NCBI RefSeq assembly: GCF_018977255.1 | Contig: NW_024704743.1 | Span: 115,818,001 to 115,882,000, forward strand | Length of the DNA stretch: 64,000 bases | DNA from: Callorhinchus milii | Lineage: Eukaryota | Direction: 5' to 3' | Shown: positions 24,089 to 34,837 of the stretch, piece after piece | Numbering within the stretch: position 1 is the first letter of the stretch | Layout: every line of letters begins with the position of its first letter | Translations under genes and position numbers: made by a program | Notes under the pieces: generated by a model | Database searches by the model: none | Seen by the model: only the letters and a program-made list of their open reading frames with translations | What the model was told of the DNA's origin: nothing

Positions 24089-24406
24089 TTGTTGAGATGT
24101 CTCCAAGAGCTTTAAAGAATATATTGTAAAGTGGATTGACTGTGTATTTTGTGGACAAAATAAGGCAGCCAATTGCGCACAGCAGTGTCTCACAAACTGT
24201 GTTGGATTGAGCGACCAATTTTTTTTAAGGGATTATTACCCCTGGAAAGCGATCCAATCGACTAACAACTGAGTTCTTACTTACTGCTAGGTAACTAGAG
24301 ACGTGTGGAGTAAGGAAACTTGCCTAAGGTTTCTCCTGGCCCGGGAATCGAACACAGGTCCTCTTGCTTGCAAAGCAAGAACGGTGACCATTATGTTACG
24401 AGACTT
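24089..24406 (-). mobile_element. tRNA-derived SINE (longer variant); tail displaced by a CR1
   Basis: Head and body match 18150-18497 and 46368-46731. Confidence 0.75.
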
Positions 24407-24525
24407 CATTCCTTATCGCTAACCACGACACTCCATCCTTTCTGCATCCACGTGCGGGAAAACCACGAAACCCCCTTTACCAAAAGGGGGTGGTTTTAAT
24501 ATTTTTTTTTTCACGGTGCGCTCAC

Positions 24526-24708
24526 CTGTCTCTGCCGACTGGTTGATGAGTTCATTTGTTTTCCTGACGGTCTCGTTGACCTGGGCCAAGGTGCCCGATG
24601 CGTTCAGCAGCCGCAGGCTGAGCCCCTGGATCTTGTCCAGAGTGACGGCCGCTGTAAGGTTGGCTGTAGCGACGCTCTCCTTCGCTTGCTGCACCCTCGC
24701 TGTGGTGT
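24526..24708 (-). CDS. LAMA1: LAMA1 exon ~43, coiled coil
   Basis: TTARVQQAKESVATANLTA...LLNASGTLAQVNETVRKTNELINQSAET. Confidence 0.92.
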
Positions 24709-25335
24709 CTATGCCACACGGACACAAGAAAAACAATTGCATTGCAAACTACTCAGTGCTGGTTAATTGTGGTCACTTAAACCAGCTTATATATAAAGAG
24801 TACTTTCTCCCACTCTGTCTGGCAAGCTTCCCGCTGCTTTTCTTGATAGGGCTTTGACTTGCAGGATTATTAGGAGTCGAATGGGAAGAATCTCTTCCCC
24901 AAGTGATTGGTCTGCATTTCCATATCCTGCTGATGAGCCAGATTGGCTGTGCTGTCAGCAGCAGTTCATTGAGTGACCACATTTTTCAATACAGCAGCAG
25001 TGCCCTAGAGTACTGTGGGCCCACTTTATTGTAAAGTGGATTGACTCTGTATTTTGGGGGCAAAACATGGTAGCCAATTGCATGCAGCAATGCCCCGCAA
25101 ACGTTGTGGATTGAGTCACCAATTTTTTTGGGGAGGATTTTTTTTTACCTCCAGAAAGCAATCTGCCAATCGACTAACAACCGGGTTCCCACATACTGCC
25201 AGGTAAACAGAGGCGTGTGGTGTAAGGAAAATGCCTAAGATTTCCCCCTGCCTGGGAATCGAACCTGAGTCCTCTCACTTGCTAACCACTATGCCAAGGA
25301 ACTCCACAATTTGCCTGTTAGAGACGTGGACTGAC

Positions 25336-25452
25336 CGTTCGGTAAGTTAGCCATTGTGTGCAGGGGCTCGTTCAGCTGTCTGCTTATGTTGCGGGCGCCC
25401 TTCCGAATTTCATCAATCTTCTCCTTCAGCCCATTCAGCTGATTTACAAGAC
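25336..25452 (-). CDS. LAMA1: LAMA1 exon ~42, coiled coil
   Basis: LVNQLNGLKEKIDEIRKGARNISRQLNEPLHTMANLPN; AAG acceptor; phases 1/1 fit. Confidence 0.88.
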
Positions 25453-27256
25453 CTTGTCAGTTGGGGAAGAAAAGAGCTTGCATTTGTATTGTTTCCCTTC
25501 TCACTGAAATGTCTCAAAACGCTTCAGTCATTGCTGTCTTGGTTTCTCTTTTCAGGGAAACCAAATTTACCCCCTTCAAGGCCCGCCCCATCCCTCCACA
25601 GTGAAAGAATAGTATATCTGGAGAACTGTTGGCCGACACCATGAGATACTGAACGCTGAACAGGCAGACACAACCTTGTTTTATCATCTCGTCTGAAAGA
25701 CGGTAGCTCCGATAATACAAATCCCAACCAGGGGTTTGAACCCACAACCTTCCACCTCAGAAGCGAACGTTCAGGTGGGTGTTAAAGGTCCTGCGGCACT
25801 ATTCAAAACGAGAAGGGAATTTCTCCCTGTGTCCTCACCAACAATCTCCCCAAAAGACAGTATATCCTGCGAAGCGTTTTGAGATGTCTCACTGATGTGA
25901 AAAAGTACTATATCAAATGCAAGGATTATTATTATAAATAAAATTGGCTGTGTGTGGCATGAACTGTAGTGACTGTGTGCAAATTGGATGCCATGTTCAC
26001 ATACCGAAATACACAGGTTTCACTTGGAACCTCCTCCTGAAGTGAAAGGTGCTATATCAAATGTAAGGGTTATTATTATTTATTATTGCTAATGTTATAA
26101 CCCTGTCCAGATTGCTTGCATTCCCTAATGATATTCCCATGATCCCAGTGACACAGGTTCCAACGTCATCAACAGACAGCTATCCATATCCTCATAACCA
26201 TCATGTCTGTACCTGACCAGATAATTGAGACAGCTGTTTCTTGAGAGGTGCGAGCTGACATAGTGTAGTAGTGGAGAAAGAAAAGTGAGTCAATGTTTTA
26301 GGTCCACGACGGGTCGTGGATCTGAAACGTTGACTCACTTTCCTTTCTCCATAGATGCTGCCTGACCTACTGAGTGTTCCCAGCGACTTCTGTTTTTGTT
26401 TCAGATTTCCAGCATCCGCAATATTTTGTTTATAGCGTATTAGTGGCTGCTTCCCTGAGGAGCTCATTCCGTTGATCAGTGGGATAATCTTCACGCCCTT
26501 TCAAAATCAAACACTGAATTTTTAAAGGGGATTTACATATTACCGCATGAAGTAGTTTGGACGGGAGTCAATTCCCGCAGGCAGGTAAAGATAATTCCCC
26601 TGATCACTACCCTTGTTTGATGGGTTGCCAGTTTTCTGCCTGTGCCCTCTGTGCTCTGTGATGGTATTCAATGCCTTTCTCAAGCCTGCATTATATTTTG
26701 GCATTCAGCATCGGAAAGACTTGTCTCATACGTGATAATAATAATATAATAAACCCAGCATTTGATGTAGGGCCTTATCACATCGCCGAGATGTTTCAAA
26801 GCGCTTCAAGAGAATTTGCAATGAAGTGTAGTGACTGTATATTTTACAGGTAAATATGATGTACCTTATTCTGCCTTATCACGTTGTTGAGATGTCTCAA
26901 AAGAGCTTCACAGGATATAGTGTAAAATGGATTGACCGTGTCTCTTATAAGTGAAATGAAATCAATGTCCCTAAAGTAAGTTTATTAAAAGAGTAATAAA
27001 AGCATGGATTAATTGGAAAGTACAGGATAGGATTTTAAAAGGCATTAAACTTCAAACTTTACCATATTTAGTCCTTTGTATTAATATAGAAATGCTCCAG
27101 GCAGAAGGCCAATTGGCCCTTTGCATCGCTACTCTGAACTCTGGTCTCCCACATGACAGGCCACACCACTGAGGAGGAATAGTGTGTTGTAACCTGCACA
27201 TCAATGAGGAATGAAGAGTTTTTCTATTGCGCATCTAAATGAGACAAGTAACTCAC

Positions 27257-27359
27257 CAGCAGTTTTTTGTCTTAATTTGTTTGCATCATTCAGAAGTTTG
27301 GTGCTGCGCTCAGCTGACTCTTTCCCGGCCTTCTCAAGGGAGTTTTGTGAGCCAGAGGC
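27257..27359 (-). CDS. LAMA1: LAMA1 exon ~41, coiled coil
   Basis: ASGSQNSLEKAGKESAERSTKLLNDANKLRQKTA. Confidence 0.88.
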
Positions 27360-27703
27360 CTAGGTAAGACAACACAATATGACACTCAACACAGAAGAGA
27401 CAGAGGCCATTGAATGCAAGAGCAGAGCAAACAGAGCTAACCCTCTGTTCCTGGAGACATTGATGAGCACACCCGTCCAGCTCACCAGCCTCGTACAAAC
27501 AGTTTTGTATAAAGCTGCTTGTGGCCAATGATTTGAACCAGCTTAAAGCACCTTACAAACTGCCATGCACATCGTTTCTGAACTGGTTAGTTAGCGAGCT
27601 CTCAAATTACCTCCTGTAAGAGTTGCGTTCTCAGCCCGACTAATTTTAACAGCTCGTCTCCGAGCTCTAGACCAGCCTGCGGCTCCAGCAGCCAGCGACT
27701 CAC

Positions 27704-27845
27704 CAATGTCAGTGCAGCGTCTGCGTTGCTCTGAGCTTCCAATATAACAGCTTCAGCTTCTTCAAGCAGCTCTCCCACACTTGGTTCCTCGCTCCCTGCT
27801 GCTACCGTAGTGTTCACCGACACGTTCCTTACGTCTGAAAGAACA
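27704..27845 (-). CDS. LAMA1: LAMA1 exon ~40, coiled coil (possible longer form to 27611)
   Basis: VLSDVRNVSVNTTVAAG...LLEEAEAVILEAQSNADAALTL; donor TTG|GTGAGT. Confidence 0.85.
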
Positions 27846-28113
27846 CTAACATGGGGAAAGCTTCACTCCAGTGACTGCCAATCTGGGGTTTCACACACAA
27901 GTTATGCCGCAGCGTTAGAAGGTGAGAATGTTATCTCATCCCCTTAACACTAAACGGTTTTACTTTGTTACATTGTGGTGGTGAGGGTGACCTACTGTGT
28001 GAGTGGGCAGATCTGTTCGGACTGTGGGCCAAACTTTTATGATGGGGGTCTGACCTTTTATGGTGTTGGGACGCCCCATTGAATAGATGGGTCAACCCGA
28101 TATATGGACTGAC

Positions 28114-28277
28114 CTGTTCAGCAGACTGGCCACATTGTTGAGGTGACCAGCGTGGTCCTCTGCCCTGTAGACAAGATCGAGCACCCCTTTCTTATTCATC
28201 TCCATTACAAGCTTGTCCACATGCATCCTCAGCTTAGTGTTCCACATGTACAGCCTGTCCTTGTGCTGCTCCAGAAT
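28114..28277 (-). CDS. LAMA1: LAMA1 exon ~39, coiled coil
   Basis: ILEQHKDRLYMWNTKLRMHVDKLVMEM...DLVYRAEDHAGHLNNVASLLN (hand-translated). Confidence 0.94.
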
Positions 28278-28388
28278 CTACAGTCACACACAATAATAAT
28301 AACAATCCTTCCTTTTGATCAGTTTCCGAACCTTCTCTGGTTGGAATACGGTTGGAACAAAAGGAGGAGCAGTCACGTTGATACTTAC

Positions 28389-28505
28389 GTTGGTCTTGTT
28401 CACTACATCTTCTGCCAGATTTGCTGCACTGTCCACTATTTCCCTTCCATCCTGGACCAGAGTTAGAGCCAGTGCCCTGTCTTCTTCAATGTTCTGACTC
28501 TTATC
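28389..28505 (-). CDS. LAMA1: LAMA1 exon ~38, coiled coil
   Basis: DKSQNIEEDRALALTLVQDGREIVDSAANLAEDVVNKTN. Confidence 0.92.
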
Positions 28506-28991
28506 CTGTGCATTGAACAGTCTGGTGTGAGTTGCCAACAAGAGCAAAGGCAGCCCGACTGACAAGTCTCAAAGACTGTCTCACTCTTTTAACTATCAGA
28601 GACCCAACACAATTACCTGATGTCAATACCTCACCACCATGACATTAAAATTTCAGGCCGTGCAGAATTGTGGAAAATTCCTGAAACTCAGTGTTAGTCT
28701 GGAAGAATTGTTTGAAAGAATTGTGGAAAAGCAGTTTTCAAAATTAGGATGAACTAATATTCTGTACGATTTAACATTTTAAATTGATGAATTTAAGAGA
28801 AAATCCATGAGAATGTTCAAGGGGATTGTCGGCAGGGAACCTAGAAGAAACTCCCTTTTCCTTTCCAATAGTGTGACACAGGAACATTGATGCTGGGCCT
28901 TAAACTCACAACCTCCCCACTCGGTGACGGACACCTACCGACTGAGCCAAGCTGACACGTTTAGGGGCTGTGTCATACACTTTCCTCTCAC

Positions 28992-29202
28992 CTTCAGCTC
29001 CGCCAGGCTGCTGGAGATGCTGCGGAGGAGCCGGCCGGTCTCGTTGGCTGTTGCGAGCGCCTGGTTCACCAGGTCCTGGGCCTCGTGCAGCTCTGTGCTG
29101 CGCTGGGCTAAGATCTCATCAATCTGGGCTTTCAGTTCATCCAGTTCCCGTCGAGGCTTCTGGAACTCTGTCTGCACCCGCACCAGGAGCTGTTCTGCCG
29201 CT
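28992..29202 (-). CDS. LAMA1: LAMA1 exon ~37, coiled coil
   Basis: AAEQLLVRVQTEFQKPRRELDELK...RSISSSLAELK. Confidence 0.94.
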
Positions 29203-29227
29203 CTGTATCGATCAGTCAACACCGGAT

Positions 29228-29750
29228 GTCAAACCGTTGCATAGGATTTAAGAGGAAGAGCTTTTGTGGGCCCCCAGTGGGGAAGACCCCAAACTACACA
29301 AGATAAAGGACCTAACTAAATGGTAATGGAAATCAGGAACTCTCTCTCCCCCCAAAAGGCTGTGGATGGTACTTCCTCTAGTGGAGGAATCCAAAACAAG
29401 GGGGCATAACCTTAAAATTAGAGCTAGGCCATTTCGGAGTGAAATCGGGGAGCATTTCGTCACACAAAGCATAGTGGAAATCTGGTACTCTCTCTCCCCT
29501 CAATAGGCTGTGGATTCTGGATCCATTAAAATTTTCAAGAATAAGGTGGATAGATTTTTTTTAGGTACGGGTATCAAGGGATATGGAGTAAAGGGGGATA
29601 AATGGAGTTGAGGTGCAGACATGGGATGGTATCCAGAGTGAAGGGCGCTATGTAAATGCAAGTTGTTGTTGTTGATCAACCATGATCTAATAGCATGGCG
29701 GAACAGACTCGTGGGGGCTGAAAGGCCTACTCCTGTTCCTATCTTCCTAC
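29228..29750 (+). mobile_element. CR1 3' fragment with internal duplication and a short L2-tail insert
   Basis: acaagggggcataaccttaaaattagagctagg; tail ggctgaaaggcctactcctgttcctat. Confidence 0.7.
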
Positions 29751-31412
29751 GTCGGACCTTGCACTGAAATTATAGACAGCTTCCAGACTTGCAACAAAGA
29801 AAGAGGCAATTTGGATCATCGTGGTACAAGAGAAGTTCAGCTAAAGAAGGCTGCCCTTTGGCTGATTTCACCTCATCCTACCTGAACACCCACCTGAGCA
29901 CTTTCCCATTACAACATCGAACTCTAATCACTTAGAAATAGTTTTGTGTTTGGACTACTCTAATCCCATTCTCCTGCTCTTAATCCGCACCCCTTAATAT
30001 TCCCTCCCCTCACCCCCACCTGAGTGTTTAACTAATACCATGTCACATATTGTAAGGAGCTATATAAATGCACATTTGTATTGCAATTGAATTGTAATCC
30101 TACTTCCCAAGCAGGCATCAACCATGACCTTAAAACACTTCGGTTGATTCCCAATCTGCAGCTTCCTCGCATATTTAAGGTTGTGAAACATTTTTACAAC
30201 CATTTGTGAGCAGAAATGACCTTTGTTTCTTGGCAAGTTATTTCTGGATTCACTTTTAACCAGCTTAGCTCTGGGGTTTAAGATTATGTCTCTTGTTCTG
30301 GAGCTCAGTGAGATCAGTGTTTGTCGCTGAGTTTACTCAGCGCACCGATGCTGAACCACGCTTGAGTCCAACGTACTTTCATCTTGTGCCAGTGTGTGTC
30401 AAGACTCCAAATTCAATCACTTGAAAATTGTTCCCATCGCTCACACAGTACTTCAGCCCAGTGTTAGAAGTCACCTTCTGTACAGCTGCAATCCCCTCGC
30501 TAACCAATAAAATGGCAACAAAAGATCTGCTCTGCTCTGATAAAACAACTTACATTTATACAGCGAACTTCACATAAGATAACATCTCATGGCATATTTC
30601 TCTCTCTTTCCCCTCTAACCTGTCCTCTGACTCCATCTCGTCAGCTACCAAGATGCACACAAGGTGTTGAGGATGATAATGCTAAAATTGCTATATTTAC
30701 AAGGTAAATCACTACCAAAAAAAAAAGCGACCAACAAGGTTGAAGTGTTTATACACGTAAACAGAGAGTAAGAGCATTCCTCCTTTGCTCAAACTCTCAG
30801 ACGTGCAGGGACTCCCAAGACATCAAGTTACTTTGAGCCTCAACTTCCTTCAACAGAAATGTCAACAAACTATGGCCACCATACCTAGCTCCCCTCGTCT
30901 CCATACTGCAACTCATCAATTTTTTAGTTGCTCACTTCAGCTCATTGAGATAGTGGTACAACCTTGGTGTTCTGTTTAATAGGAACATAAGAAACGGTAG
31001 AGGAAAAAAGACCAAAGTCCATCGAGTTTGCCTTCCACCATCCTGGCAGTTCATGTCCTGAACTACTCATATACTCTATCTCAAAATATTATTTACTACA
31101 AGAAATCTATCTAATTTGCATTGGAAAGAATTTACACTTTCTGTTCCGTAGATTTAATCCAACCGTCTCTTCCAAATGCTACACCAGGTCCTTGACCAGA
31201 ACAGTTTTCCTGCACCATTGGAATATTGCCTGACTCCATTCGTACCTCACCCTTTCTATAATACCGACCCTGTTGACCATGCTTTCAGTCACCTCCTCCG
31301 TACCCCACATTCCCAGCTGTGTTTTGCATACCCTCCAACCCTGTGAAGTGTTTGTGACGCTCTCCGACATGAGAGGTGACCTGTGAGTGCAAGTCTTTGG
31401 TGTTGAACTTAC

Positions 31413-31575
31413 CTGAGCTCATTTGCTGATGTTGCTTTAGATTGGTCAAACGTCCTCTGCCGCAGAATGTCCATCATGTTGTCGATCTCGCTCTGAAGCC
31501 TCCGCAGACTGCTGTCGGACAGAGCCACATCACTACCCAGCGTCTCGTTCAGGTGATTCGCTGCTTCAACAAGAC
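31413..31575 (-). CDS. LAMA1: LAMA1 exon ~36, coiled coil
   Basis: LVEAANHLNETLGSDVALSDSSL...DILRQRTFDQSKATSANEL. Confidence 0.93.
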
Positions 31576-32774
31576 CTGCGGACACAGAGCAGTCAGGGTA
31601 GGTCTGTACTTTGAGGGGGACCCAAAATTCCACCTAGTCTTAGCCTGTCAGAACTTTTTAATAACTGCAGGAAATTAACAACTTTGAAATGATAATAATT
31701 CTTGCATGACATCAAGTGTCTCAAAGCAATTCACAGGATTTTACTATAAAAAATACAGTGACTGAGTGACTGACTGACTGACTGACGCAACAGCCAATTT
31801 ATACACAGCAATGTCCCACAAACAGCCATGACCAATTTTATCAGCGGGATTGTTGGCCAGGGACGACTGAATTTAAGGATTTTCCAAGTTTCGTCAATCG
31901 TCAACTCACTGCAAATGAATATTGTCATCATTGAAATGATGATATTGTGACATTTTCTCAATCCATTCCCTATCCCCTTTTTCTCCTCCCTCTCTCCCCT
32001 TTTACTCTTCACCCTCTCTTTCTCGCCCCTCCACTTCTCCCCCCTTTCTTTCTCCCATCCCTCACTCCCATCCCTACCCTTTTCTCCATCTTTGCCCAGA
32101 ATCTGAATACAGAAGATAAAGAGGATTTTCATTTTAAATTGGAAAGAAAGGCTTCATTATATCCAGTGCTGTGAGATGCCACCGCACGTGACGTTGTTAT
32201 TGTATATAACAAGGTCATCTCATTCCTGCTACAATTTCGAGAAATAGTCATTTAGGTTCTCATGTTGGTTATTTTTATTTTTTATGAGACACGTTTAAAC
32301 AGCTCCGTTAAGAACCATCTTAATAAACTGATAACCAAGGAAGGTGTTTAAGTGAAATGTTTTATAAGATGCCGTGTACCTGAATTTCCAGCAGGTGTCT
32401 CCCTTTCACTGTATTTCAGGACAAGAATCATTTACATATAATAATAAAATGTGCATTTGATATAGCGCCCTATCACATCTTCTGGACGCCTCAAAGCGCT
32501 TCACAGAATATACTGTGAGGTGGATTGACTGTATATTTTGTGGGCGAATAGCGGCAGCCAAATGCGCAGAACAGTGTCCCACAAAATCGTGGATTGAGTG
32601 ACCAAATTATTTCATGGATGTTTGTGGGACTTGCTGCGCTGTGCAAATTGGTTGTTGTGTTCATCTGCAAATACACTGTCACTACATTTTACAGTAAATT
32701 CTGTGAAGTGCTTTGAGATATTTTGACAACGTAATATGATGTTGTATCAAATGCAAGGATTACTATTAGTCCTT

Positions 32775-33138
32775 AGAGCTGAGGAGGTTAAGGGGTGAAT
32801 TGATTAAGGTATTTAGAATCATGAAAGGAAATGACAGGTTAGATAGTGGATGACTCTTGCCTTTGGTAGAGAGATCCAGTACAAGGGAGGTATTAATAGC
32901 TTTAAAATCAGAGCCATAGGGTTACACTGAGGTGAGATACCATTTCTTCATCCAGAGGATGGTGAATATGTGGAATGCTCTGCCCTAAAGAGCTGTAGAA
33001 TCAGTAAGAATTTTTTGGGTTGTTAAGAGTTATTATGGATATGAAAAAGGGCAGAGCATTAGGATCAAAAGATCTGCAAAGTTCCAATAAACTAGTTGAA
33101 CAGGCTCGATGGGCTGAATGGCCTCCTCTTGATCCTAC
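32775..33138 (+). mobile_element. CR1 3' fragment ending at the exon 35 donor
   Basis: gaggaggttaaggggtgaattgatt (RRLRG-like); tail ggctcgatgggctgaatggcctcctcttgatcctac. Confidence 0.7.
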
Positions 33139-33250
33139 CTTTTAGACTCTTCAAAGTGTTATTTGCAAAAGCTTCAAGTTCTTGGCTTTGGGCTTGCGTT
33201 TTCGCTGTCGCTCTGTCCATGTCCTGCCAGTCACCCAAAACCTGAGCCAA
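33139..33250 (-). CDS. LAMA1: LAMA1 exon ~35, coiled coil
   Basis: LAQVLGDWQDMDRATAKTQAQSQELEAFANNTLKSLK. Confidence 0.92.
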
Positions 33251-33652
33251 CTGAAAAACAAAGGAGGGAGGTGAGGAGTTCAAAGTGCTGAGATTCTGGG
33301 GAACCAAAAAACAAAGGAGGCGAGGTTCTTCGCCTTTAAACACTACATTCCCCCTGCCTCTCCCTCCATTCCTGCTCCTCTATCCTACCCCCACTGCCAA
33401 ACCACTGGTGAACCAAATCCAAATCAAAGCAAAGCCACCAAGACCATTTTCTGTGCCTTCAAAAACACAATGATTGTTTAAGATGCTTGACTACAGAGAT
33501 ACACGTTGGATTACAGTTCAGAGAAAAAGCAAATTACTTTACGTAAGCGACTATTTATTCTTGTGCGCAAACATAGAAAGTTACCAAAAAAAAAGCTTCG
33601 CTCTCCCCAACTCGACTGATGTTACCTTGAACAGACAGTAAGACAGGACTAC

Positions 33653-33751
33653 CTTTTGCTGCACACGACTGATCTCTGAGGCAACATCAGCCACCTGTTC
33701 TTCCATCTTTTTGATGAGGTTACCTGGGTCCTGTTCTCGCGACAAAGCAGT
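33653..33751 (-). CDS. LAMA1: LAMA1 exon ~34, coiled coil
   Basis: TALSREQDPGNLIKKMEEQVADVASEISRVQQK; a second in-frame donor lies 27 nt further on. Confidence 0.85.
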
Positions 33752-34340
33752 CTGTGACGAATCCACAAACAAAGCCATTTCAGTGAAGTTTTACCACCCA
33801 ATTACTCAAATAAAAACTATTGTGCTTTCTGTGATGTGCACTCAACAAGCAACCATTTGCTCTATTGGGGTCTTCTTGGAACTCAGATGGCTCCAAGGTG
33901 ACATTCCATAGAATCCGGAACTGTTGCATTTCATCCAAACCATCTGTCCATTATTTGCCCTCATTCTCCGGGACTCCATCCCGGAATCCCTCTGACATGC
34001 TCCCTCTCTCCTTCACCTTGTTCAAGGTCCGTCTAAAGAGGTAAATCTTTGACTGCGCTTTCGGTCATCTTTCTCCTCCCTAGCCCCCTCACATCCCAAA
34101 CACCTTGGGATGTCCTTCCGACGTGAAAGGCGCTATATAAATGTACATTTGTTGAATTATTGTTGTGAACTATTTTTTCTGTGTTTCTTACAATAAACTT
34201 ACAGAAAAGTAGGGTTCCGAATTAAGGCTTCCTTTAAGAATTTGTCAAATTCTGGCCTCCCTAAAATGCTATCGTTAAACAAGGTGAATCCAGACCTAGG
34301 TGGCATTTCTCCCCAGTAGGAGACAGCTTCAGAACCTTAC

Positions 34341-34483
34341 CTTGTATTCAATTGCATTGTCTTCTACAGATGACAAGAGGCCAAAGGGAGCTGGAACAAA
34401 CCCAGTCATGTTGAAGGACATGAACATGGTTTCCATCTTTTCCAGGTCTGACAGGAGGAGCCCTGTGCAATCATCATCACAAG
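34341..34483 (-). CDS. LAMA1: LAMA1 exon ~33, coiled-coil start
   Basis: CDDDCTGLLLSDLEKM...NMTGFVPAPFGLLSSVEDNAIEYK. Confidence 0.95.
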
Positions 34484-34837
34484 CTACAAGAGGGATAGGG
34501 GAGGGGGGCAAAACAAGACATGTGTTGAAGAGCAGAAAAAAAACAATGCTAATAGTGATGTCAGCCTGGTTCAGTCAGGAGCACTCTCGTGGTTGTGGGT
34601 TCAAGCCCCACAGCAGCACTTGAGCTTACGGTCCAGTCTAGTCTGACAGTCCAGTGCCGTGCTCATCTCAAGACCATCCTGTTCGACCGCAACTTCGGTC
34701 GCCTTCCTATCCTCACCGTCCCTGCCCTCCACCCTTCCTGATTCCAACCCCCAGCTCAGGTCCAAATCTTTGACTGCCCAGCAGCTTGGGGTGTCCTCCC
34801 AACATGAAAGATGCTATACAAATGTAATTTGTTGTTG

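Noticed and set aside
25453..25460. AAG acceptors at exons 12, 29 and 42 as non-canonical splicing
   Set aside because: AAG is an uncommon but normal U2 acceptor, and the phases fit.
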